The notes: a model not told the origin generated them from the sequence alone. Shown: positions 51,306 to 60,797, counted from the stretch's first letter. The stretch is DNA of 64,000 bases from Vulcanimicrobiota bacterium (GCA_963786105.1 CAWAXX010000014.1:32001-96000), one strand, 5' to 3'. Numbers and translations: made by a program.

Positions 51306-52633
51306 TGCGATTCGGAATCGTCGGCGGCGGCTTACTCGGAATGACCCTCGCGTGGGACCTTTCGAAAGCCGGTCACGAAGTAACCATCCTGGAAGGAGCT
51401 CAGCGTTGCGGCGGGCTCGCCGGCCCATGGCAAGTCGGCGACGTCGTCTGGGATCGGCACTACCACGTGACGCTCCAAAGCGATCTCGCCCTGCGAGAGC
51501 TCTTAGACGAGCTCGACCTCGAGCCGGATTTGCAATGGGTCAAGACCGGCACCGGCTTCTTCGTCAATGGAAAGATGCACTCGTTTTCGGGAGCGGCCGA
51601 CTACGCGCGGTTTCCGCCATTGTCGCCGCTGCAAAAGGTGCGCCTGGCGGCGACCATCCTCAAAGCCTCGCGAATCAAAGACTGGCGCCCGCTCGAGCGA
51701 CTCACGGCGGTCGAATGGCTCACGCGGCATTGCGGGAAAACGACCGTCGAGCGCATTTGGCTGCCGCTTCTGCGCGCGAAACTGGGACCGCACGCGACGC
51801 GGGCGTCGGCTGCGTTTATCTGGGCCATCATCGCTCGCATGTATGCCGCGCGCGGAAGCGGACCAAAACGCGAGCTCTTCGGCTACGTTCGAAACGGTTA
51901 CGACCGAACGCTGCGTCGATTCGAAGAGAGGCTCTTGGCGCGGAACGTCAAGATTCGGACGTCGTGCAGGATCGAGCGGATCGAAGCCGCCGCGGACGGC
52001 ATCGCCGTCGTTTCCGCGGGCGAAACGAGCGTGTTCGATCGCGTCGTCGTCACGTTGGCGGCACCGCTGGCCGCACGGTTGTGTCCGGGCCTAACCTCCC
52101 GCGAGCGCGTACTTTGCGAAGGCGTCGAGTACCAGGGGATTATCTGCGCTTCGCTTTTGACCGATGTGCCGCTGACGTCGTATTACATCACCAACATCGC
52201 CGATGCCTCGATTCCGTTCACCGCCGTCATCGAAATGAGTGCTCTGGTGGACCGGAACGAGTTTAAGGGCCAGTCGCTGATCTATCTGCCAAAGTACGTG
52301 TCGTCCGACGACCCCGCATTTTGTATGACCGACGACGAAATCGAGAACGCGTTTCTGTCGGCCTTGGAGCGAATGCACCCCGCGTTTCGCCGCAGCTCCG
52401 TTCGTGCATTTCGAGTCTCTCGAGTGCCGTTCGTTTTCCCGATTCCGACTCTGGGCTACTCGGAACGCCTGCCTCCAATCGAGACGACTATCAAAGGATT
52501 ATTTATGGCGAACAGCGCTCACATCGTCAATGGAACGCTCAACGTTAACGAGACCGTCAAACTCGCTCACAGCTTGGTGCCGTCGTTACTCGCGCAAGTG
52601 CGACCGCTCGACCAGCCCGTGGCGGTCGCATGA
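51305..52633 (+). CDS. NAD(P)/FAD-dependent oxidoreductase (amine oxidase/protoporphyrinogen oxidase-like)
   Basis: IVGGGLLG, GGLA, DRHYH; TAATG coupling. Confidence 0.82.
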   Translation: MRFGIVGGGLLGMTLAWDLSKAGHEVTILEGAQRCGGLAGPWQVGDVVWDRHYHVTLQSDLALRELLDELDLEPDLQWVKTGTGFFVNGKMHSFSGAADYARFPPLSPLQKVRLAATILKASRIKDWRPLERLTAVEWLTRHCGKTTVERIWLPLLRAKLGPHATRASAAFIWAIIARMYAARGSGPKRELFGYVRNGYDRTLRRFEERLLARNVKIRTSCRIERIEAAADGIAVVSAGETSVFDRVVVTLAAPLAARLCPGLTSRERVLCEGVEYQGIICASLLTDVPLTSYYITNIADASIPFTAVIEMSALVDRNEFKGQSLIYLPKYVSSDDPAFCMTDDEIENAFLSALERMHPAFRRSSVRAFRVSRVPFVFPIPTLGYSERLPPIETTIKGLFMANSAHIVNGTLNVNETVKLAHSLVPSLLAQVRPLDQPVAVA

Positions 52634-53616
52634 GGGCCTCGCTATCGCTCGACCTCGACAACCAGTGGTCGTACATGAAAACCCATGGCGACCCCGCTTG
52701 GAAATCGTTTCCGTCGTATCACAACCTCCTGGTTCCGCGCGTGCTCGACCTTCTCGACAAGCTGGGGTTGCGGATAACGTTTTTCCTCGTGGGTCAAGAC
52801 GCCGCGTTGGCCGAGCACGCCGACGTTTTCGCCGAGATCGCTCGCCGCGGGCACGAAATCGGCAACCATTCGCACCATCACGAGCCGTGGATGCACCAAC
52901 GCAGCGAAAGTGCGATCGAAAGCGAGCTTGCGTGCGCCGAGGAATGCATCGAAAAGGCGACCGGGCAGCGGCCACGAGGTTTTCGCGGACCCGGCTTTAC
53001 GCGGTCCGACTCGATTCTGCAGACGCTCGTGCGACGCGGATATCTTTACGACGCGTCGTCGCTCCCGACGTTCATCGGCCCGCTGGCGCGCGCGTACTAC
53101 TTCCGAACTGCGAAGCTCAGCGAAGCCGATCGCCGCGAACGAGAGGACCTCTTCGGTGGGTTCGCAGACGGATTTCGGCCGAATCGGCAGCACACGATCC
53201 GGCTTCAAAACGGATCGATTACGGAGATTCCCGTCACGACGTTTCCGCTCTTTCGCGTCCCGATTCACATTAGCTACGTCCTGTACGCTTCGACGATATC
53301 GCCCGCGGCGGCGCTGGCGTACTTTCGAGCGGCGCTCCTATGGTGCAAGTTGACTCGCACGGAACCGTCGATTCTGCTGCATCCGCTCGATTTTCTGTCG
53401 GGCGACGAATGCCGGGACCTGGCTTTCTTCCCGGCCATGGGCATGAATCCCGAAACCAAGCGCCGCGTGGTAGTCGAATCGATCGAGGCGCTGGCGAGCG
53501 GTTTCGACGTACGGCCGATGATCGATATGGTCGGATCCGCAGGGAACCCTCAGGGAACCAATGGTACGCTTGCAACCGTTTCCTACGATAGAGGCATTAC
53601 GACGAACGTCGGATAG
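52630..53616 (+). CDS. polysaccharide deacetylase (CE4/NodB-like)
   Basis: SLDLD, TFFLVG, HEIGNHSHHH, GFRGP, YDAS, LLHPLD. Confidence 0.87.
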   Translation: MRASLSLDLDNQWSYMKTHGDPAWKSFPSYHNLLVPRVLDLLDKLGLRITFFLVGQDAALAEHADVFAEIARRGHEIGNHSHHHEPWMHQRSESAIESELACAEECIEKATGQRPRGFRGPGFTRSDSILQTLVRRGYLYDASSLPTFIGPLARAYYFRTAKLSEADRREREDLFGGFADGFRPNRQHTIRLQNGSITEIPVTTFPLFRVPIHISYVLYASTISPAAALAYFRAALLWCKLTRTEPSILLHPLDFLSGDECRDLAFFPAMGMNPETKRRVVVESIEALASGFDVRPMIDMVGSAGNPQGTNGTLATVSYDRGITTNVG

Positions 53617-53724
53617 GGGATGGCCCGGCCGGCCGCATCGGGTTGCCTTACAAGCGGCCGTGCGTTAGAATGCCGGTTGGTGTCGGAAGCCCGCGAAGTA
53701 TTTCGCGACTCAGGGGACGTGTCG

Positions 53725-54834
53725 ATGGCTGCAAGGACGGTCGGAGTTTCTCCGGTCGCGGTAACGGGTTTCGAAGGGCTCGATCGATCGCGGAGAAAGC
53801 GTATCGAGGCGCTCCTTCGGCGCGTGCTCGGATTGGCGAACGGCAAGGGCTGGGCCCTCGGGCTGTTCGACGTCGAGGGTGACCTTCTCGATTACGACGT
53901 TTCGCGATCGGAAATAGGCGGGCGCCTCGCCCTTTCGCTCCTTTGCAAGGTGCCCTTTCCGGTCACTCAAGGACCGGTCGTGCTGCAGGCCACGATACCG
54001 CCGGCCGCAAACGCGCCGTCGGTGATCGGCGTCGCGACGCCCGCGGGCACCGGCAAATCCCTCGCGTTGATCGTGCAGCTCACGTCGCCTCCCGGGCCCG
54101 CTCCGGGAGAACTCGCCGACGAACTTCAGCGGCTGACGCACCAAATCGCACTCCAGATCACGGACGGGCCGAGTCGCGACGGCGAACGGCGGTCCCCAGC
54201 GCGAAACGGCTTTCACGGGTTCTATCTGCTGGATCCGCGCTTCAACGTGGAGCGCGCGTGGCACACCAGCGAACCGCTTTCGTGCGATTTTGCCGATCTG
54301 ATCGAACCTCGCGACCATCGCCTGCCGCCCGTCCTCGAGCGTGCCGTGCGCCGGCTAACGGCATCCTGGAACTTCCTGAGCGTCGGGGCCTGCGCGACCA
54401 GCGTGGCCTATCCGCTGCCCGATCTCATGCTCAAAGTCGTCCCTATGGCGGCGAGCGGGCCTGAAGTCTACATCGGCGTGTTCGCGGAACAATGCGACCC
54501 CGCGCACGCGATCGAGCGCGCCGCAGCGACCTTCCGGATCTCATCTCGCGAGCGCGAAGTGCTGCACGCGTTGCTCGACGGCAACTCCATCGCCGAGATC
54601 GCCGCCGCCCTCAATTTGGCCGAATCGACCGTGAACGACCACATCGCCCGCATGATATCGAAAACCAACGCTCGCAATCGAATTGAAATGGCGGCGATGC
54701 TGCTGGGTTGGCCGGACATTGCGGAGCGCAACGCCGCCGCACCGCGGAACGGGCGCAGCGTTAAGTCGCGCGTGCGTTGTGCGTGGCGCTACAAAATCGC
54801 CACGACGCCGATGGGACCCGAACCGGTTAGCTAG
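53725..54834 (+). CDS. LuxR-type HTH regulator with unrecognised N-terminal region
   Basis: ISSREREVL..LLDG.SIAEIA..LNLAESTV..H..R...KT; GGGG RBS-like run before ATG 53725. Confidence 0.8.
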   Translation: MAARTVGVSPVAVTGFEGLDRSRRKRIEALLRRVLGLANGKGWALGLFDVEGDLLDYDVSRSEIGGRLALSLLCKVPFPVTQGPVVLQATIPPAANAPSVIGVATPAGTGKSLALIVQLTSPPGPAPGELADELQRLTHQIALQITDGPSRDGERRSPARNGFHGFYLLDPRFNVERAWHTSEPLSCDFADLIEPRDHRLPPVLERAVRRLTASWNFLSVGACATSVAYPLPDLMLKVVPMAASGPEVYIGVFAEQCDPAHAIERAAATFRISSREREVLHALLDGNSIAEIAAALNLAESTVNDHIARMISKTNARNRIEMAAMLLGWPDIAERNAAAPRNGRSVKSRVRCAWRYKIATTPMGPEPVS

Positions 54835-55077
54835 TATCGCGGACGGACGCAAGCGCCGCCCCACGGCGTATGACAAGTTCTTACTACGCGCGCAGGCCGT
54901 TCGTACCGCAAACGCTGCGTAAGTCTCGTAGAGACCTAGGACCACCGGACCAAAAGACTCACGGGAAACCCGGGTTGTCGAGCCGCCCGCAATAATGTCA
55001 GACTTAGGTCCTGAAGCCCGCGTAAGACGACGCGGCGCTCTTTATTAGCACTATGCCGCCGGGTGGGTTTTCTCTAG

Positions 55078-55722
55078 ATGGAGTTTCATAACAGGATGTC
55101 TGTAGTAGCAACGTTACCCCTTCGCGTGCTCGTTATCGAGAAGCAAATGCTCTTCGCAAAGGCCGTGGCCCAGGTGCTGTCGGCCGATCCCGACATCAAA
55201 GTCGTGGGTATCGCGAGCGGACGCGATTCGGTCGTTCCAAAGGATGTGGACATCGTCGTTATCGATATCGACACGGAAGAAATCGACGATGTGGTCGAGC
55301 ACTTTAAGGCTAAAGCCCCCGGCGCCCGCATTTGCGCGCTATCGGCGCACACTCAGGGCGAACTCATGCAGCATTGTTTGAGCGCGGGTGCGGACGCCTA
55401 CATCGTTAAGGACTCATCGCTTCAAGAGCTCGTTACCGCCATCAAGACGATCGGCGAGGGCGCCAGCTATGTCGATCCGCGAGTAGCGGCATCGCTGCTG
55501 CGGCGCCGCGGTCCGTCGAACCGCTCGACGAACGAGTTGTCTCCGCGCGAGCGTGAAATCATCCGTCTGATTGCCCAAGGCCTGTCGAATCGCGACATCG
55601 GCCGCCGTCTCGTCCTATCGGAGAAGACGATCAAGAATCACGTGAGCCACATATTTTCGAAGATTCACTGCACCGCGCGCTCGCAAGCGGCGGTTCACGC
55701 GATCAGGATCGGCCTCGCATAG
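55078..55722 (+). CDS. NarL/FixJ-family response regulator (REC + LuxR HTH)
   Basis: VVIDID phospho-Asp, LSAH, YIVKD; LSPREREII, SEKTIKNHVSHIFSK. Confidence 0.92.
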   Translation: MEFHNRMSVVATLPLRVLVIEKQMLFAKAVAQVLSADPDIKVVGIASGRDSVVPKDVDIVVIDIDTEEIDDVVEHFKAKAPGARICALSAHTQGELMQHCLSAGADAYIVKDSSLQELVTAIKTIGEGASYVDPRVAASLLRRRGPSNRSTNELSPREREIIRLIAQGLSNRDIGRRLVLSEKTIKNHVSHIFSKIHCTARSQAAVHAIRIGLA

Positions 55723-57149
55723 TCTTGGGCCGGCAAGGAAGGGCTCGCGTCGGGCGGACGAACGGCCGTCGCCACCGCCGACGCGAGCAGCCCGAAGAGG
55801 CCTAGCCAGGCTGCCAGTTGAGGCGCAAAGACCGGCCGGGTCAGGGCAACGGTCGCGCGAAGGTATCTCGCCCACGCAACCGGCGAGAACTCGTCCGGCG
55901 ATGCGTTAAAGGCGTGAGTAACGATTTGGCCGGCGGACGGTCCGGGCGCAACGTGCACGACGAGCACGACGCACACCGTCGTGACAAGCGCACCGATCGA
56001 CGCCACGGTAAGGCGCCGTCCTAAGCTCCCGCCGAGTACCGCAAAGAGCCCTCCGAAAACACCAGCAACGTCGAGCGCGACGGTAGCGCGCGAGATCTTC
56101 TGAGTCCAGACGGCGATCAGAAGCGCCAAAGCGGCCGCTCCGATAACGCGAAACGTTCTTCCCGGCACTCGCGCTGCGATCGCAAGGGCGGCCGGAAGAG
56201 CGATGAGGATCTGAATGTCGTGCAGGTAGATGCCGAAGAACAGCACGGCGGCGGGCGGCAGCAGCGGCACGAGGATATCTTGGCGGCTCCGAGCCGAAAG
56301 CACGCCGGCTAATGCAACTCCGAAGACCGCCGCGAACGTAAACCAAATCTTTCCCAGCAACAGTGCAAGCGGCGGCGCTACGCCGACCATGAACAGCAGC
56401 CGGCTCAGACTATACTGATCGGACGCGACGAGTTCGGCGTTGGCCATCAACGGAAGCACCTGCGCGAAGTACTCTTTGTTTTCCGCCAACCCAAGTGCGG
56501 CGAGACTCAATAGGGCCAGGGCCGCCACCGAAACGATGACCGCGGCGCGCGACCGGTGCACGAACAAGAACATCGCGACGACTGCCGGAACGCCCACGTT
56601 CGGTTGCAAAAGGGCCAGCGATGCTGCACACCCGGCGGCGATCCATCGGTGCTTGGCTAAGAAATACGCGGCAGCGCACATCGCGAGCATCGCGAGTGGC
56701 GCGGTCTCCCCGTACGCGACGTTGAGCAGGGTGAGCGGCGCAAAAGCAAGCAGGATGGCCGTATCGGAAACGTGTATGGCCGCCGCCAAACATCGGGCGC
56801 TTACGACGGCCGCCAACGCGAGAATAATGCAAAAAAGTTCCGCGGCTAACTTGGGCGGCAGCTTTGAGAAGACTGCAAACGGGAGCAGGACGTAACCCGG
56901 AAGGGGCGCCGGTTCTACGTAGCCGGCAGGCATCGCCGTGCGCTCGAGGCCGCGTTCGCAGGATCGCAAGGGCTCGACTCGATACGGATCGTGACGTTCC
57001 CGGACGGCGACGCCCGCGCAGTAGAACGCCTTGAAACTCTGGTGCTCGACGTCTCCTCGCGCGCCTAACGCGAACGCCGCGAGCGTCACCAGCAGTGAGA
57101 CTGCGGCGAAGGCGACGTTTCCGGCGGATCTTCCCACGACGTCGATCAT
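55695..57149 (-). CDS. multi-TM GT-C glycosyltransferase (GT87/DUF2029-like)
   Basis: FKAFYCAG, DPY, PAPLPGY..LPF, YGE, LQPNVG; about ten hydrophobic segments. Confidence 0.6.
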   Translation of the reverse strand: MIDVVGRSAGNVAFAAVSLLVTLAAFALGARGDVEHQSFKAFYCAGVAVRERHDPYRVEPLRSCERGLERTAMPAGYVEPAPLPGYVLLPFAVFSKLPPKLAAELFCIILALAAVVSARCLAAAIHVSDTAILLAFAPLTLLNVAYGETAPLAMLAMCAAAYFLAKHRWIAAGCAASLALLQPNVGVPAVVAMFLFVHRSRAAVIVSVAALALLSLAALGLAENKEYFAQVLPLMANAELVASDQYSLSRLLFMVGVAPPLALLLGKIWFTFAAVFGVALAGVLSARSRQDILVPLLPPAAVLFFGIYLHDIQILIALPAALAIAARVPGRTFRVIGAAALALLIAVWTQKISRATVALDVAGVFGGLFAVLGGSLGRRLTVASIGALVTTVCVVLVVHVAPGPSAGQIVTHAFNASPDEFSPVAWARYLRATVALTRPVFAPQLAAWLGLFGLLASAVATAVRPPDASPSLPAQDYARPILIA

Positions 57150-57258
57150 AGCGGACGGCCGGCATTGCCGGGCAGAGGCCGTGGGGCAAGCTTCTAGTCG
57201 AACGGCTCACATTTCCAACCGGGACCTTCGGTTCACGCAATGATGGTTCGGACTTACG

Positions 57259-57287
57259 TTGGCCGGGGGAGGTTCCGAGAGTATAAT
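57259..57287 (+). promoter_or_regulatory. sigma70-like promoter
   Basis: TTGGCC (57259-57264), 17 nt, TATAAT (57282-57287); in-frame GTG 7 nt downstream. Confidence 0.5.
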
Positions 57288-57294
57288 CGGCCCG

Positions 57295-58824
57295 GTGACT
57301 TCAGCAAGACAAATTTCCGAAGTGAAAGCCAACCGTCTGTGGTTCGCGTTGATGGCGCTCGGGGTGAACCTCGTCGTCACGCTTCCCCTTGCGGCCGTAC
57401 TGAACATTTGGCAAGACGAAGCCTATACGCTGCAAACGACTAGCCGCGACCTCGGATACGCGTTCGCTCAAGCCATAGGTTTCGAGCAAAATGCGCCCCT
57501 GTATTTCGTTGCGATGACCGTGTGGCGGCATGCCGGCGACGGCATCTTTTTCTTGCGTCTTTTTTCGGTGATTTGCATCGCGGCAACGATCCTGCTTATT
57601 CCGGGACTCGCGCGCCGATACGTTCCTCACGTCGACGGCGTGCTCGTTGCAGCGGTCGTGGCCTGCAATCCTTTCGTCGTCTGGGCGGCCGTCGAACTGC
57701 GCGTCTACGCGATGATCGTTTTGCTGTCCGCACTGCTGCTGCAAACGTTTTTCGATGCCTTCATGGAGGAAAATCCCCGCAGAGGGGCTGCGATTGCGTA
57801 CGCGGTCTGCGTCGGAGTCGCGCTCTATACGCAGTATTACCTGGCGTTTCTGATCGCAGCACAAGGCGCGACGCTTTTGCTTTACAACCGGCGCGCGGTG
57901 CTCGCGTTCGCCCTGGCCGGAGCCGCTGGTGCGCTCGCGTTCGTGCCGATGCTCGCCATCGTCCCAGCTCAGGTGCAGAATTTCAAAAGTATCTTCGCGC
58001 CGCCGTCGATCGTTCAGACGTGCATCAATCTCGCCGGCATTGGATTGCGGTACGTTCTGCCGCTGCCAATTTTGCACGCAAAGAACGCTTACGTGGTGAT
58101 CGTGATCGTTGCGGTGCTCGCGCTGGCCGTTGCACGACCGTCCCTAAGATCGATCGGGAGGAGTCCGATCGTCGCCACGACGGGGTTCGCGTTGGTCTTG
58201 TTCGCCGTCGGTACGTACCTGTCGGGGGTCCACGTCTTGGATCGCCACGCCGCCGCGCTGTACGTGCCCGCCACGCTGACGATCTTCGCCGTGCTCACGA
58301 CGGTGCGGCCACCGAACGGACGCCGCGCCGTACTCGTCTGGTCGGCTCTGGTGATGGCTTTCTCGCTTTTCACGCTGGTCGGAACCTACCGGCACCTTGC
58401 CAAACCCGGCGATTGGGCGCGAGTTGCCGCCTACCTTCGAACTCACGAGCAGCCGGGCGAGCCGATCGCAGTCTTCGAAGCCGAGAACGCGTTGCCGCTT
58501 GCCTACTACTACGGCGGCCCCAATCAGATCGTTCCGATCCCCCACGGGGTCGATTTCCACCGGTACGATATTCGTCGGTTCGTCGTCGAGAACGAGGCGG
58601 AGCTTCAATCGACGGTCCCGGCGGGGCGGCGGCTCTGGCTCGTGACGTCCGGCGAGTGCACCTCGGCAAACGTGCAGTTTGGCTGCAACCGGCTCGAGGA
58701 TTTCGTCGCCCGGCACTACCGAATCGGCTCGGACGCCCAATTTTTGGGCACCCGAATTCGCCTGATCGACCCGATCGGGAGGCCGTCCCGGGGCCCGACC
58801 GACCATAGCCCCCTAAAAAATTAG
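57295..58824 (+). CDS. multi-TM GT-C glycosyltransferase (PMT_2/ArnT-like)
   Basis: IWQDEAYT, APLYF, LRLFSV, ELRVYA, YTQY; periplasmic C-terminal domain (DWARVAAYL). Confidence 0.78.
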   Translation: MTSARQISEVKANRLWFALMALGVNLVVTLPLAAVLNIWQDEAYTLQTTSRDLGYAFAQAIGFEQNAPLYFVAMTVWRHAGDGIFFLRLFSVICIAATILLIPGLARRYVPHVDGVLVAAVVACNPFVVWAAVELRVYAMIVLLSALLLQTFFDAFMEENPRRGAAIAYAVCVGVALYTQYYLAFLIAAQGATLLLYNRRAVLAFALAGAAGALAFVPMLAIVPAQVQNFKSIFAPPSIVQTCINLAGIGLRYVLPLPILHAKNAYVVIVIVAVLALAVARPSLRSIGRSPIVATTGFALVLFAVGTYLSGVHVLDRHAAALYVPATLTIFAVLTTVRPPNGRRAVLVWSALVMAFSLFTLVGTYRHLAKPGDWARVAAYLRTHEQPGEPIAVFEAENALPLAYYYGGPNQIVPIPHGVDFHRYDIRRFVVENEAELQSTVPAGRRLWLVTSGECTSANVQFGCNRLEDFVARHYRIGSDAQFLGTRIRLIDPIGRPSRGPTDHSPLKN

Positions 58825-58912
58825 GCTCTTAGCGCTAGAATATTCGCCCGATAAGGAGTAATCTGGACTCCCCTGGTCAATAATAACTACGGCCTATTTG
58901 TATGCGTGAAAG

Positions 58913-59059
58913 GTGAGCTCGGTGGCGTTTTTATTCGCGATTATCTTATTGTTTGCAAACATGCACCCGGCGGATACGCCGGGCGGTCCCCTCGATACGC
59001 CCGGCGGACCGATCGCTGCGGCGTCGGTCCCGCTTGGGTTGGGAGCGCCGCACCAGTAA
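58913..59059 (+). CDS. small exported pro-peptide, 48 aa, with tandem DTPGGP repeats (absent from the ORF track)
   Basis: GTG...TAA encodes MSSVAFLFAIILLFANMHPA-DTPGGP-L-DTPGGP-IAAASVPLGLGAPHQ. The two repeats differ only at synonymous third positions. Confidence 0.65.
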   Translation: MSSVAFLFAIILLFANMHPADTPGGPLDTPGGPIAAASVPLGLGAPHQ

Positions 59060-59170
59060 ATAGGCGCCGACGAAAATTCGAACGAGACCTCAGGGAGGTC
59101 TCGTTCCGTCTTTACGTTACTCTGAAAGGACCCTCGGTTCTCGGGTGTAACTAGCGGACCTTAGATTCGG

Positions 59171-60691
59171 GTGCGATCCGCGGTGCAGTATGTACCGTGG
59201 TTAGGAGCAGTTTACTACTTGGGACCGCGCGAGTTATTTAGTACGGGTGAACTTTCCGCATGCGTTGACGCTACCGCCCGAGCTACGTTTATGCCGGAGC
59301 GAGTCTTACACGTTCGCGCGCTGATGCGCTTGGGCCGGCATCGCGAGGCACTAGAAGCGATTGCCGATACTCGCGCGACGACGTTCGAAGATGAGGCTCT
59401 CTTTCGAGCCCTAGAGTCATCGTGTCACGCTTTTCTCGGATCGGTCAATGTCGCGCGCCAGGCCCTGCTCGGCATTGGGAACCGCGCGTATAGTCTGGAT
59501 ACGCGGTACGAGATCGCCCACGCGCGCATGCTCGCCGCCTGGGTAAAGGGCTCGCCGGAAACGATGGAGGCTGCGCTGCGCGAAGTCGACGTCAGCTCGG
59601 CGCCGCACCTATACGGTCACTGGCTGTTCTCGCTTTCCTGGGTCGCATCGTTGCGGGGTGATTACCTCGAACAATTGCAGCTGCTCGAGCAGGCGGCCCG
59701 GCACGTCGCCGCCGTCCCAGCCGCGCAAGACGTGAGCCTGCTGGCCAACGCGACGCGATCCATGATCCATCTGGTACGCGAGATTTCCGCGAACACCACG
59801 CTTGAGTTTGCGATAAAGATGGCCGAATCGATCCCGTGGACGCACGATCTCGAAGTGGAGCGTTTTCTTACCTTCCGGGGCCTCGCGTGGGCACATGCGC
59901 TGCGCGGAGAACACGCGAAGGCCTTTCACTACGCGTATTTTGCGCGCGACATCGCCCCCTCCCTCATGTGGATTACGGCCTCCTACGCAGACCAAGCCTA
60001 TCTCGCGAGAATGGCCGGCGAGAACTCGAGCGCCGATGCGCTGCTGCGCCATGCCGTTGCGTGCGCGCGCGAAACCGACTGGTCGACGATGGGTGAAGAG
60101 CGCGTGGCGCTGCTCAATCTGATCGAACTCCTTTCCGACCGGGACGTCGAGGCCGGAAGCGCGCTGCTCGCAATCTACGACGGGATTCCGATGCCGCTCT
60201 CGCCACGCTTCGCGCTCGCGCGAGATCGACGGCTTCGGGCGATGGAAGAGTACGCGCGCGGTAGCATGCTCGCCGTCTCCGGCGATCGAAATGCGGCGAT
60301 CGATCTCCTGGCCAGCGCCTATTCGACGTTTCAATCGATTCACTATGCGTGGCGAGCGGCGGCCGCGGCGTTGCGCATTCATGCGATTACCGACGATTCT
60401 TCTTGGATGCTCCGCGCCAGCGAGTCGGTCGTCGCATTTCCTGAGAGCTCGGTCGCGGATCAAATTCGCAAGGCGGCCTCGGTAGCCGAAGACGAGCGCA
60501 TCGCTTCGCTCACCCCGGCGCAGCGGCGGGTTTTCGGGCTCATCTGTCAAGGGCTGACCGACAAGCAGGTGGCTCAAAGTCTAGGCATCTCGCCCGAGAC
60601 GGCCAAAAATCACGCCGCCCGCGTCCGGGCCGCATTTGGAGTACACTCCCGAGCCGCGCTCATTGCAGCGGTTCACCGCCAGGCGGTGTAA
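59171..60691 (+). CDS. transcription regulator with all-helical TPR-like region and C-terminal LuxR HTH
   Basis: Repeated Ala/Leu helical hairpins (ALMRLGRHREALE, SLRGDYLEQL, ALRGEHAKA, VSGDRNAA); LTPAQRRV...GLTDKQVA..LGISPETAKNH. Start codon uncertain. Confidence 0.8.
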   Translation: MRSAVQYVPWLGAVYYLGPRELFSTGELSACVDATARATFMPERVLHVRALMRLGRHREALEAIADTRATTFEDEALFRALESSCHAFLGSVNVARQALLGIGNRAYSLDTRYEIAHARMLAAWVKGSPETMEAALREVDVSSAPHLYGHWLFSLSWVASLRGDYLEQLQLLEQAARHVAAVPAAQDVSLLANATRSMIHLVREISANTTLEFAIKMAESIPWTHDLEVERFLTFRGLAWAHALRGEHAKAFHYAYFARDIAPSLMWITASYADQAYLARMAGENSSADALLRHAVACARETDWSTMGEERVALLNLIELLSDRDVEAGSALLAIYDGIPMPLSPRFALARDRRLRAMEEYARGSMLAVSGDRNAAIDLLASAYSTFQSIHYAWRAAAAALRIHAITDDSSWMLRASESVVAFPESSVADQIRKAASVAEDERIASLTPAQRRVFGLICQGLTDKQVAQSLGISPETAKNHAARVRAAFGVHSRAALIAAVHRQAV

Positions 60692-60797
60692 GCAGGTTCG
60701 CCTGCCCTTTCGCCCCCTAGCCTGAAGGACTCCCGGACCAGAGCGGCTGTGCCTGCCGGGACTTCTAGTTTGGGGGGCGGCGCGCTACCATCGAACC

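Noticed and set aside
58973..59011. CRISPR or DNA-level repeat
   Set aside because: Only two 18-nt units 3 nt apart, with codon-position-specific differences; no cas genes.
58906..59154. 82-aa ORF listed in the track
   Set aside because: Arg-rich and featureless; repeat substitutions are synonymous only in the frame starting at 58913.
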